Below, piece after piece: positions 9,253 through 17,285 of a stretch of 64,000 nucleotides of DNA. The stretch covers positions 638 to 64,637 of the forward strand of contig CALVJA010000012.1 in the NCBI GenBank assembly GCA_944331875.1, in the 5' to 3' direction. The notes beneath the pieces were generated by a model. That model made no database searches. It worked only from the letters and a program-made list of their open reading frames with translations, and was not told where the DNA came from. Source of the stretch: an uncultured Clostridia bacterium (GTDB taxonomy: Bacteria > Bacillota > Clostridia > Christensenellales > DTU072). The first letter of the stretch is position 1. Every line of letters begins with the position of its first letter. Position numbers and translations under genes: made by a program.

Positions 9253-9657
9253 TCATTCCCCCGCCCGAGCCTCGGCAAACGCAATAAGAGCGTCGGCGTT
9301 TTTTCCTCTGCGGAGCGAATAGTAATAGTCCCTGCCGCCGAATTTTCCCGCTACCGAACGCATGAACTCCATTCCGCACGACCCCGGAATAAGTTTTACC
9401 GCCAAAAGGTCGAACGGCATTTCGTTATAGATCTCGGTCTTCGCAAAAGAAAAAAGGACCCATACCCCCTCGTCTAGCGCCCTTTGCACCTCGGAGTCGA
9501 GAGAAACACCCAACGCGGGCATCTCGTAGCCGCCCGAAAATACCTCTTTCAGCAGAGTGAAAAACTCCGCTTTCCCATCCGGATCGAGCGTCGTACGCCT
9601 CCCCGAAACCGATACGCTCACTTCACGCGCCCTTTCGAGGCGCTCCGTTAGTCCCAT
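9253..9657 (-). CDS. Hypothetical protein
   Basis: 134-aa ORF co-oriented with and upstream of trkA. No motif recognised. Confidence 0.45.
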   Translation of the reverse strand: MGLTERLERAREVSVSVSGRRTTLDPDGKAEFFTLLKEVFSGGYEMPALGVSLDSEVQRALDEGVWVLFSFAKTEIYNEMPFDLLAVKLIPGSCGMEFMRSVAGKFGGRDYYYSLRRGKNADALIAFAEARAGE

Positions 9658-9900
9658 GATAGTATATTATACAACCCCGACGGCGCGTTGTACAGTATTT
9701 TTCGGATATCCTCGATACGCTCTCGCGCGCATATGCGTTTATTAATGATATATTCCGTAAAACAAAAGTAAATCGGGGTACGCCTCATTCGCCCCGTCGG
9801 GGGGCTTTCGGAAAAGCGGGATATCCGAATTTGCCGCGAAAGATTGATTTTCCCGCGCCGATGGTTTATAATTTCAATTACCGACTTTTCGGAGGGCGTT

Positions 9901-10770
9901 ATGTACGACGTGATTCTTAATCCCGTTTCCGGCAAAGGAAACAGCATGAAGGCATATATGACGGTGAAAGCCGTACTGGACAAAGCGGGCGTGGAATGGG
10001 CGCTGCACAAGACGGAATACCCCCTGCACGCTACCGAAATCGTCAGAAAATTGAACGAAAAGGAGCACGCCGACGTCATCGTCATGGGCGGCGACGGCAC
10101 TTTGAACGAAGTGTTGAACGGCATAACCGATTTTTCGCGTATAAACCTCGGGATAATCTCCTGCGGCACCGGAAACGATTTTATACGCGCGGCAGGACTT
10201 CCGTCCGATCCCGCCGAGGCAGTGAGGCTCATCCTCGCGGGCAACACGGGCTACGTCGATTTTCTGGAACTACCGATGAGGCGCGCCATGAACTGCGCCG
10301 GAGCGGGAATGGACGTCGACGTCCTCGTCAGATACGCTTCGATGAAGGCGTTCAAAGGTAAAATGAAATACTACGCTTCCCTTATCGACACCCTCATCAA
10401 ATGTAAATTCCACAAAATAGCGCTCGAGGTGGACGGCGTCAGATCGGAAAAATCGGTTTTCATGATAGCCGCGGCGAACGGCACCTGTATCGGCGGCGGC
10501 ATGAAGATAAGCCCCAATTCCGTCACCGACGACGGGAAACTGAACGTCGTTTTGATAAACGAAATGCCCAAAAGAAAGATACTTCCCACCCTCATAAAAT
10601 TTTTGAACGGCGGAAAGCATATAACCTCTCCGTATACCGAGGAGTATCTCGCGGAGCGCGTAAGGATAGAGGTTTTGGACGAGGGTCTTACCGAAGTGGA
10701 CGGCGAGGTCATGAACGAAAAGGTCATCGACTGCAAAATAGTCCCCCACACCCTTATGATTTTCAAATGA
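9901..10770 (+). CDS. Diacylglycerol-kinase-family lipid kinase (YegS/DagK-like)
   Basis: MYDVILNPVSGKG N-terminus and GGDGTLNEV catalytic loop. GGAGGG SD before ATG 9901. The track start at 9844 lacks an SD. Confidence 0.85.
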   Translation: MYDVILNPVSGKGNSMKAYMTVKAVLDKAGVEWALHKTEYPLHATEIVRKLNEKEHADVIVMGGDGTLNEVLNGITDFSRINLGIISCGTGNDFIRAAGLPSDPAEAVRLILAGNTGYVDFLELPMRRAMNCAGAGMDVDVLVRYASMKAFKGKMKYYASLIDTLIKCKFHKIALEVDGVRSEKSVFMIAAANGTCIGGGMKISPNSVTDDGKLNVVLINEMPKRKILPTLIKFLNGGKHITSPYTEEYLAERVRIEVLDEGLTEVDGEVMNEKVIDCKIVPHTLMIFK

Positions 10771-10910
10771 TTTTTTTGCCGAAAAGATGATAATTTAATG
10801 CTTTGACAGGAACATAAAAGCAATGTAATGAAAAATGGTGCATTCGACCGAATGCGCTTTTTTTCATAAGGTGAAAATATATTCGGCAAAAAAATCAATA
10901 CCACCGCTTT
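10768..10910 (+). repeat. 143-bp MITE-like module, copy A
   Basis: 141/143 identical to 20857-20999. 13-bp terminal inverted repeats TTTTTTTGCCGAA/TTCGGCAAAAAAA. An internal TTGACA box is followed ~40 nt later by hairpin GCATTCG-AC-CGAATGC plus GCTTTTTTT. Confidence 0.85.
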
Positions 10911-11835
10911 ACCGCGTCTTTCGGGCTCTTTTTTTCGAAATCTTCGACCCCCGCTTTGGAGACCAAACGGGGGCAGCGTCGGCGCGTATGCTATACGCGC
11001 TGTCCTTGTTTCGAAAAAAATAGCGCAGAAACTCACGGCAAATCGGCGCCAAGTATGCTGTTCGAAGCGATAAAATACACAGTGGACTATATTCTCATGT
11101 CGTGGAAAACACTAGTACAGTCGAACTGCTATTCATGGCGATTGCAATATGGTCTTTAGATTGAAGCCCCGCCCTCCCGCCCTATGTGGGGGTATAGGGA
11201 CATGGTAGGTATGGGCTTTATAATGAAGTAGGCTTTTGTGCTAAAGTGTTATACTGCCTTAAATCAAAAATCTTTTCTAGTGTTTAGCGGGGAAGAATGT
11301 GGAAAACTCCGATTTCGCGTATAGTTTTTCCCTTTCCCGTAATACACAAAGTTTATTATTCCTTTAACAGCATATCCCCAAGCCATTTCAACGGGGGAGG
11401 CGCGCGAAGCTTTAGCGGAGCACTTATTCGCCGGGGGTGAAGCGTAAGCGTAACCCCCTCCGATTACATGGCTTGGAAGGTTCAAAGTTTGTTTTCCTTT
11501 TCGTCTGTAATAGTGCCTTTATGAAAGAAATATACACAATGGGAACAGCGCTCCATACTGCTAAACTCTATGATGGGCAAATAAAACACAAAAGCAAATA
11601 CTACGCCTACAGCCGTAGATTTTCGGGTGATTTTTCGTGAACAAAATATCGGCATACGATGTATGCCGACATTTTTTCGCGGAAAAGGACCGAAAAGATA
11701 CGGGAAAGGAATGTTTAAGTTCTTTAATATTTTTTATATCGGAGCGTAGCGACCCTGAACAAAATCCGCGGACAAAAGCAAGAGTGGATATGATGTTTTT
11801 TTTATTTGAGCATTCTATAAAACTCTTAGCGGATT

Positions 11836-12011
11836 TTATTTCACAAATCGACACTTCGGAAAGTTGATTTAACTTCATAAATTTATAGTGTCGATTTATT
11901 TCACAACGCGCCCGTTACGGCTCTACTTCCTACCCTCGGGCGCGTTATTTCACAATTCCGCTTGCGGAATTATTTCACTTTTTTTGCGGCGGTTTCGCCG
12001 CCACAAAAAAA
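11836..12011 (+). repeat. TTATTTCACAA-punctuated hairpin array A
   Basis: TTATTTCAC(AA) at 11836, 11896, 11945 and 11970. Each is followed by a hairpin: ATCGACAC..GTGTCGAT; CGCGCCC..GGGCGCG; TTCCG-CTTG-CGGAA; T7-GCGGCGG-TTTC-GCCGCCAC-A7. Confidence 0.8.
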
Positions 12012-12038
12012 CTCATTCCAACCTTACAACGTGCGTAT

Positions 12039-12962
12039 TCAGTCGTTTTCGAGGAGTTTGTTTTTGAACGCCGCTTTGCGGGCGTTGGCTGAAAGGATCT
12101 CTCTTTCCTCCGCGGTTATGGCTAAAAGTTCGTATTCGCGCCTGAGGGTGGTGGCGGAAACGGCGGTGTTGTCGGTATTCAGTGTGACCGCTACGCCCTG
12201 TGCCATGAGCCGCCTTAGCGGATATTCGCCCCCTTTCCATGCGCCCGTTTGCAGATTCGAGGTGTAACAGAGTTCAAGCGTTACCCCCTCCGATATTATG
12301 CGGCGCAGCGTTTCCGGGTCCTCCACAGCCCTTACGCCGTGCCCCAGGCGCTTTGTACCCATATCAAGCGCCGCGCGGACGGACTCCGCGCCGCCTGCCT
12401 CGCCCGCGTGTATCGTAAACGGTATGCCCTTTTCGCGCGCACGGTCGAATATATATTTATACTCCTCGGTCGGGAAACGCCCCTCGTCGCCCGCAAGATC
12501 TATCGCGACTATTCCGGAGGCGGTTTTTACATATTCCTCTGCAAGCCTGAGCGTTTCGAGGTTCGCATCCCGTTCCCCGCCGCGCATACAACACAAAATT
12601 ATCCCTATCGGAAAACCCCTCTCGAAAGATCTTTTAGCGGCGAAAGAAGCCGCGGAAACTATCTCGCTTTGCGTTGCGCCCGTATCGGTACTGAGCGACG
12701 GCGCAAAGCGTATCTCGGCGTATTCCAGCCCTTCCTTTTCGAGCCTTTCAGCAAGGAGCATTATCGCATGATATACCGATTCGGGTGACTGCAAAAGCGA
12801 TAACGGGAGCCTGAAACGCTCTAGATATGCTTTAAGTCCGCCCTCGGGATCGGGCGGCGAGGACGGATACGTCACCCGCGTTTTCGCATTTTGTTTTGCC
12901 GCCAGCGCGTTTAATTCTCTTTCCCCCAGCGAGCCGTCCAGATGTATATGCAGGTCTATCAT
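12039..12962 (-). CDS. add: Adenosine deaminase
   Basis: 307 aa. Metal-site blocks IDLHIHLDG, FTIHAGE and LNTDN. Overlaps the punA stop. Confidence 0.85.
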   Translation of the reverse strand: MIDLHIHLDGSLGERELNALAAKQNAKTRVTYPSSPPDPEGGLKAYLERFRLPLSLLQSPESVYHAIMLLAERLEKEGLEYAEIRFAPSLSTDTGATQSEIVSAASFAAKRSFERGFPIGIILCCMRGGERDANLETLRLAEEYVKTASGIVAIDLAGDEGRFPTEEYKYIFDRAREKGIPFTIHAGEAGGAESVRAALDMGTKRLGHGVRAVEDPETLRRIISEGVTLELCYTSNLQTGAWKGGEYPLRRLMAQGVAVTLNTDNTAVSATTLRREYELLAITAEEREILSANARKAAFKNKLLEND

Positions 12963-13771
12963 ACGGCGGCGATAAGCGCTCGGACGATAGACCTGAAAAG
13001 CTCTCCGCCGCGTTCGGCGCTCTCCCTGACTTCCTCGTGCGACAGCTTTCCGCCCCCTAAGCCTGCGGCGCGGTTTGTGATGAAACTGACTCCCGCGACT
13101 TCCATTCCCGCGTGTCGTGCGGCGATCGCCTCTATCGCCGTGCTCATCCCCACCATGTCGGCGCCGAGAGCGCGGTATGCGTTTATCTCCTCGGGCGTTT
13201 CGTATTGGGGGCCCGTGACCTGAAGATATACGCCCTCGCGGTATTTAACGGAGCGTTTCTCGAAAGCAGAGCGCGCGATATCCCTTATCCGCGCCGAATA
13301 AACCTCGGTCATATCCGGAAAGCGCACGCCGAGAGCACTTGGGTTTTCCCCGACGAGCGGCGACGGGACGAAAGAGGATATTTGTCCCGATATCATCACG
13401 GGGTATCCGACCTCGAAGTCCGCGTTTATCGCGCCGGCAGCGTTGGTGAGTATCAGCTTTTCCGCGCCCGCCAGGCGCATGAGCCTTACGCCGCGCACCG
13501 CTTCCGCGGGGGAATATCCCTCGTACAGGTGCGCCCTTCCCGACATGAACAGCACGCGTTTTCCCTGCACTTCGTCCATGCAGAACGCCCCGTCGTGCCC
13601 GGGAACGGTGGAACGCGGCATTCCGGGTATCAGCGAATAATCGACCCTTATCGGCGACGCTTGCGCCATTTCCCCGAGCCCCGAGCCCAATACCACCGCG
13701 ACGTCGGGCTTTTTGTCAATTTTCATTGCCAGCGCTTCGGCGCCCCGAAGCAGGATATCGTATTCTTTCAT
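12959..13771 (-). CDS. punA: Purine nucleoside phosphorylase (trimeric PNP family)
   Basis: 270 aa. Blocks VVLGSGLG, HLYEGY, VTGPQYETPEE and MSTAIEAIAARH. Confidence 0.9.
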   Translation of the reverse strand: MKEYDILLRGAEALAMKIDKKPDVAVVLGSGLGEMAQASPIRVDYSLIPGMPRSTVPGHDGAFCMDEVQGKRVLFMSGRAHLYEGYSPAEAVRGVRLMRLAGAEKLILTNAAGAINADFEVGYPVMISGQISSFVPSPLVGENPSALGVRFPDMTEVYSARIRDIARSAFEKRSVKYREGVYLQVTGPQYETPEEINAYRALGADMVGMSTAIEAIAARHAGMEVAGVSFITNRAAGLGGGKLSHEEVRESAERGGELFRSIVRALIAAV

Positions 13772-13879
13772 ATTAAGATGTTATCACCCCGTGCCGCCGA
13801 AGTCAATCCCATCGCCGACTCGTCGCCGTTTCGTATATAAAATTATGTCGAATAAGTCCGTTTGACGTAATTTACCGTC

Positions 13880-13908
13880 TTTACAGAAACAGACGTTTCT
13901 GTTATAAT
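13880..13908 (+). promoter_or_regulatory. Sigma-A-type promoter of the alpha-galactosidase gene with embedded palindromic operator candidate
   Basis: TTTACA-17 nt-TATAAT. The spacer is filled by ACAGAAAC-AGAC-GTTTCTGT (13883-13902, 8-bp perfect arms). Confidence 0.55.
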
Positions 13909-13939
13909 TTTCTAGGAAAAAAACCATCTCGGAGGGTAT

Positions 13940-15577
13940 ATGAAACGCAACGGAATGTGTCCCATTTGCTATTTGAAACAATTTTTCACCAAAAGACAGG
14001 CTGTGACCGATCTGCACACGGCAAAGCCCTATCCGACGGGGGCGCTGACCGCTCCTCCCATGGGTTGGTCCAGCTGGAACACCTTCAAAAACCGCATAGA
14101 CGAGGATCTCATATACGAACAGGCGGTGTGCATGAAGGAAAAAGGGCTTCTGGACGCGGGATATACATATATAAATCTCGACGACAACTGGCACAGCTCG
14201 CTGAGGGACGCGGAGGGAAGACTGCAAGGCGATCTCGCGACGTTCTCGCGCGGGATACCCGATCTGGTCCGTAGGATAAACGCGCTCGGATTGAAAGTAG
14301 GCATATATTCCTCGAACGGAACGGAGACCTGCGAAGACCTCCCCGCAAGCCTGTATCACGAACGCGTGGACGCGGACACTTTCGCGAAATGGGGTATCGA
14401 ATATTTCAAATACGATTTCTGCCATAACGAGCCGCTGTCGGGATATGCGCCGCTCATATACGGGATATCTGTGGCGGCGAAGGGTGAACGGAAGGAGACG
14501 TTCTATCCCGCTTCCGAGGCGCGCCTCGAGGGGCTCGCGCGTTTCATGCCCGCGAAGAATCTGCCCACCGACAAATACATAAGCGGACTCGATAGAAACG
14601 GCGGCTCGGCAGAGTTCAAAGTGAGCGTGCCCGCGGCGGGCGAGTACGTTCTGACCCTGAACGTCTACAAAAAAGGAAAATACAAAAAATGCGCGATGAT
14701 GCTGATAAACGGCGAGGACGACTATATCGTGGAAACGCCGCCGCAGAAGATATGGAACTATACCGCCCGCTTCCAGATACCCGTATCGCTGAAAGAGGGC
14801 GAAAATACCGTAAAAGTTTTCAACCCCGTCTTCAAGCGCGCGGATTCGGCTATGCTCCAGTACCGCAGGATGGGTAAGTACCTAGTCGAAGCGGCGGAAA
14901 AGGTAGCAAAGGATACAAATATGCCCGTAAAACCGATCGTATTCTCCATTTGCGAATGGGGCGCGAACCGTCCGTATATGTGGGGAAAGACCGCGGGGAA
15001 CCTGTGGCGCACCACCCCGGACATACGACCCGTATGGACGTGGATGGTGACTATATACAAATTAAACGTCGACCGCTACCCCTATTCCGACGTCGGGCAT
15101 TACAATGACCCGGATATGCTGGAGGTAGGAAACGGCACCCTGACATACGACGAGAATTTCGCGCATTTCGCGGTTTGGTGCATGATGGCGGCGCCGTTGA
15201 TACTCGGAAACGACCTGAGAGCCATGCCGGACAACGTTGTGAAGATCGTTACCGATCCCGACCTTATCAAAATAGATCAGGATCCCCTCGGCAAAGCCGC
15301 AAAGCGCATCGTCAAAGGTTTAGACGCGGATATTTTGGCAAGACCTTTATCGGACGGCAGCGCCGCTGTATGCTTTTTCAACAAATTCGGCGGCGAAAAG
15401 GATATGGCTCTCGACGTAGCGGCGCTCGTAAACGACGGTTACGTCTCGCTGAAACCCGCGAAGAGCTATATCGTTCGCGAGATACAGGGCGGAGACGCCG
15501 CGGAAACGGATCGCATCGTTTCGCGCGTGCGCACGCACTCGGCGAGAGTATACATCGTGACCCCGAAAGAGCAATAG
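13940..15577 (+). CDS. GH27 alpha-galactosidase with internal beta-sandwich (CBM-like) insertion
   Basis: PMGWSSWNTF, YINLDDNW, KYDFC (nucleophile block) and SICEWG. GGAGGG SD. About 175 aa separate KYDFC from SICEWG, against roughly 40 aa in the canonical GH27 I recall. Confidence 0.85.
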   Translation: MKRNGMCPICYLKQFFTKRQAVTDLHTAKPYPTGALTAPPMGWSSWNTFKNRIDEDLIYEQAVCMKEKGLLDAGYTYINLDDNWHSSLRDAEGRLQGDLATFSRGIPDLVRRINALGLKVGIYSSNGTETCEDLPASLYHERVDADTFAKWGIEYFKYDFCHNEPLSGYAPLIYGISVAAKGERKETFYPASEARLEGLARFMPAKNLPTDKYISGLDRNGGSAEFKVSVPAAGEYVLTLNVYKKGKYKKCAMMLINGEDDYIVETPPQKIWNYTARFQIPVSLKEGENTVKVFNPVFKRADSAMLQYRRMGKYLVEAAEKVAKDTNMPVKPIVFSICEWGANRPYMWGKTAGNLWRTTPDIRPVWTWMVTIYKLNVDRYPYSDVGHYNDPDMLEVGNGTLTYDENFAHFAVWCMMAAPLILGNDLRAMPDNVVKIVTDPDLIKIDQDPLGKAAKRIVKGLDADILARPLSDGSAAVCFFNKFGGEKDMALDVAALVNDGYVSLKPAKSYIVREIQGGDAAETDRIVSRVRTHSARVYIVTPKEQ

Positions 15578-15597
15578 ATCATGCCCGAAGCATAGCT

Positions 15598-15640
15598 AAG
15601 CGGGCGCATTTGCGCCCGCTTATTGTTTCCTCTTTTATTT
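15598..15640 (+). terminator. Intrinsic terminator after the alpha-galactosidase gene
   Basis: AAGCGGGCGCA-TT-TGCGCCCGCTT followed by the T-rich tail ATTGTTTCCTCTTTTATTTT. Confidence 0.7.
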
Positions 15641-15844
15641 TCCGCGCGAGTTTTTCGCATTTTCGATACGCTTTTCGGCTTCCGCCTTTCCGGTTTCCGC
15701 TTCAGCTATGCGCGCGTCGTGCTTTTCTTTTTCCTTTTCTTTGCGCACCGACGCCTTGCTCATCGCCTTCATTTCCGCCCGATCGGCTCTTGATTCCGCC
15801 TTTACCGCCTTGAAACAGCGGTTTTCCGGCATTATGAAACGCAC
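15635..15844 (-). CDS. Possible small highly charged (Lys/Glu/Ala-rich) protein
   Basis: 65-69-aa ORF directly after the tuf terminator. No clear SD. Coiled-coil-like composition. Weak call. Confidence 0.25.
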   Translation of the reverse strand: MRFIMPENRCFKAVKAESRADRAEMKAMSKASVRKEKEKEKHDARIAEAETGKAEAEKRIENAKNSRGK

Positions 15845-15847
15845 AAT

Positions 15848-15872
15848 AAAGGGCGCGTTATACGCGCCCTTT
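15848..15872 (-). terminator. Hairpin terminator downstream of tuf
   Basis: AAAGGGCGCG-loop-CGCGCCCTTT. Only a modest U tract follows on the minus strand. Confidence 0.5.
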
Positions 15873-15915
15873 ATATCAGGGATAAAATCCGTGTATTTAA
15901 CTTGCCGTCACTCGA

Positions 15916-17118
15916 TTATTCGAAGATCTTCGCAACGACGCCCGATCCGACGGTCCTGCCGCCTTCACGGATAGCGAAGCGCAGTCCCTGCTCGATAGCG
16001 ATGGGGGTGATAAGGGTGATGTCCATGTCGATGTTGTCGCCGGGCATGACCATTTCAACGCCTTTCGGAAGAGCGATGGTGCCGGTAACGTCGGTCGTAC
16101 GGAAGTAGAACTGGGGACGATAGCCGTTGAAGAACGGGGTGTGGCGTCCGCCTTCTTCCTTGGTGAGGACGTAGACCTGACCTTCGATGTGGGTGTGGGG
16201 ATGGATGGAACCGACCTTCGCGAGGACCTGTCCTCTTTCGATGTCCTTCCTGTCAACGCCGCGCAGCAGTGCGCCGATGTTGTCGCCCGCCTGAGCGTAG
16301 TCAAGGAGCTTACGGAACATTTCAACGCCGGTAACGGTGGTTTCGCGGGTGGGTTTGATACCTACGATCTCGACCTTGTCGCCGACTTTGACTTCGCCGC
16401 GCTCAACTCTGCCCGTAGCCACGGTGCCGCGGCCGGTAATGGTGAACACGTCTTCGACAGGCATAAGGAAGGGCTTGTCGTTCGCGCGCTCGGGGGTGGG
16501 GATATAGGAATCCACCGCGTCCAAAAGCTCACGGATGCAATCGCAGTCGGGGCTGTCGGCATTACCTGCGGCAGCGGCTTCCATCGCCTTCAAAGCGGAG
16601 CCTCTGATGACGGGGATGTCATCGCCGGGGAAGTCGTACTGGGTCAGCAGCTCGCGGATCTCCATTTCGACGAGGTCGAGAAGTTCGGGATCGTCGACCT
16701 GGTCGGTCTTGTTCATGAATACGATGATATAAGGAACGCCGACCTGACGGGCGAGCAGGATGTGCTCACGGGTCTGGGGCATCGGTCCGTCGGTAGCCGC
16801 GACGACCAGGATAGCGCCGTCCATCTGCGCCGCGCCGGTGATCATGTTCTTGACATAGTCGGCGTGTCCGGGGCAGTCGACGTGAGCATAGTGCCTGGTG
16901 GCGGTCTGATACTCGACGTGAGCGGTGTTGATCGTTATACCTCTTGCCTTTTCCTCGGGCGCCTTGTCGATCTGGTCATATCTCATGACCTCGGCGTTGC
17001 CGGCGGCAGCCGCGACCATCGTGATAGCGGCGGTAAGAGTGGTTTTGCCGTGGTCAACGTGGCCGATGGTGCCGATGTTGACGTGCGGTTTGCTTCTGTC
17101 AAACTTTGCTTTTGCCAT
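15916..17118 (-). CDS. tuf: Elongation factor Tu
   Basis: 400 aa. [18 protein letters not shown] and NKTD GTPase motifs. The full-length EF-Tu sequence is recognisable. Confidence 0.98.
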   Translation of the reverse strand: MAKAKFDRSKPHVNIGTIGHVDHGKTTLTAAITMVAAAAGNAEVMRYDQIDKAPEEKARGITINTAHVEYQTATRHYAHVDCPGHADYVKNMITGAAQMDGAILVVAATDGPMPQTREHILLARQVGVPYIIVFMNKTDQVDDPELLDLVEMEIRELLTQYDFPGDDIPVIRGSALKAMEAAAAGNADSPDCDCIRELLDAVDSYIPTPERANDKPFLMPVEDVFTITGRGTVATGRVERGEVKVGDKVEIVGIKPTRETTVTGVEMFRKLLDYAQAGDNIGALLRGVDRKDIERGQVLAKVGSIHPHTHIEGQVYVLTKEEGGRHTPFFNGYRPQFYFRTTDVTGTIALPKGVEMVMPGDNIDMDITLITPIAIEQGLRFAIREGGRTVGSGVVAKIFE

Positions 17119-17190
17119 ATTAGATTTTATCCTCCAAATTATGGTTTATTAATTTTTTCCGTCCGCCTTTTTCGCGGACAGTAAATTCAT

Positions 17191-17219
17191 TATATAATAA
17201 TTGAAGCGCCTTGTCTAGT
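17191..17219 (-). promoter_or_regulatory. Internal sigma-A-type promoter for tuf
   Basis: Minus strand TAGACA-17 nt-TATAAT within the fusA-tuf spacer. Confidence 0.5.
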
Positions 17220-17260
17220 TTTTTCCACGCTTTTTTCTAAATTTTCGGTGTGAGCCGGGT

Positions 17261-17281
17261 GAAAAAAGCGTGCCGTACGCT
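17261..17281 (-). terminator. Partial terminator after fusA
   Basis: Minus strand AGCGU-ACGGC-ACGCU followed by UUUUUUC. Confidence 0.45.
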
Positions 17282-17285
17282 CATA

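Larger units (their letters stand above)
10768..12030 (+). repeat. Mosaic hairpin-rich non-coding region A (~1.26 kb)
   Basis: No credible ORF. Shares six modules in the same order with 20857-21769. Carries a ~430-bp locus-specific insert at about 11161-11590. Confidence 0.8.

Noticed and set aside
11264-11878. Small ORFs inside the mosaic regions (11264-11485, 11437-11640, 11561-11878; also 21191-21397, 21244-21510, 21573-21997)
   Set aside because: No SD sequences. The ORFs run across repeat-module boundaries and hairpins. They are not conserved between the two colinear loci at the protein level, and their composition is atypical for this genome's genes.
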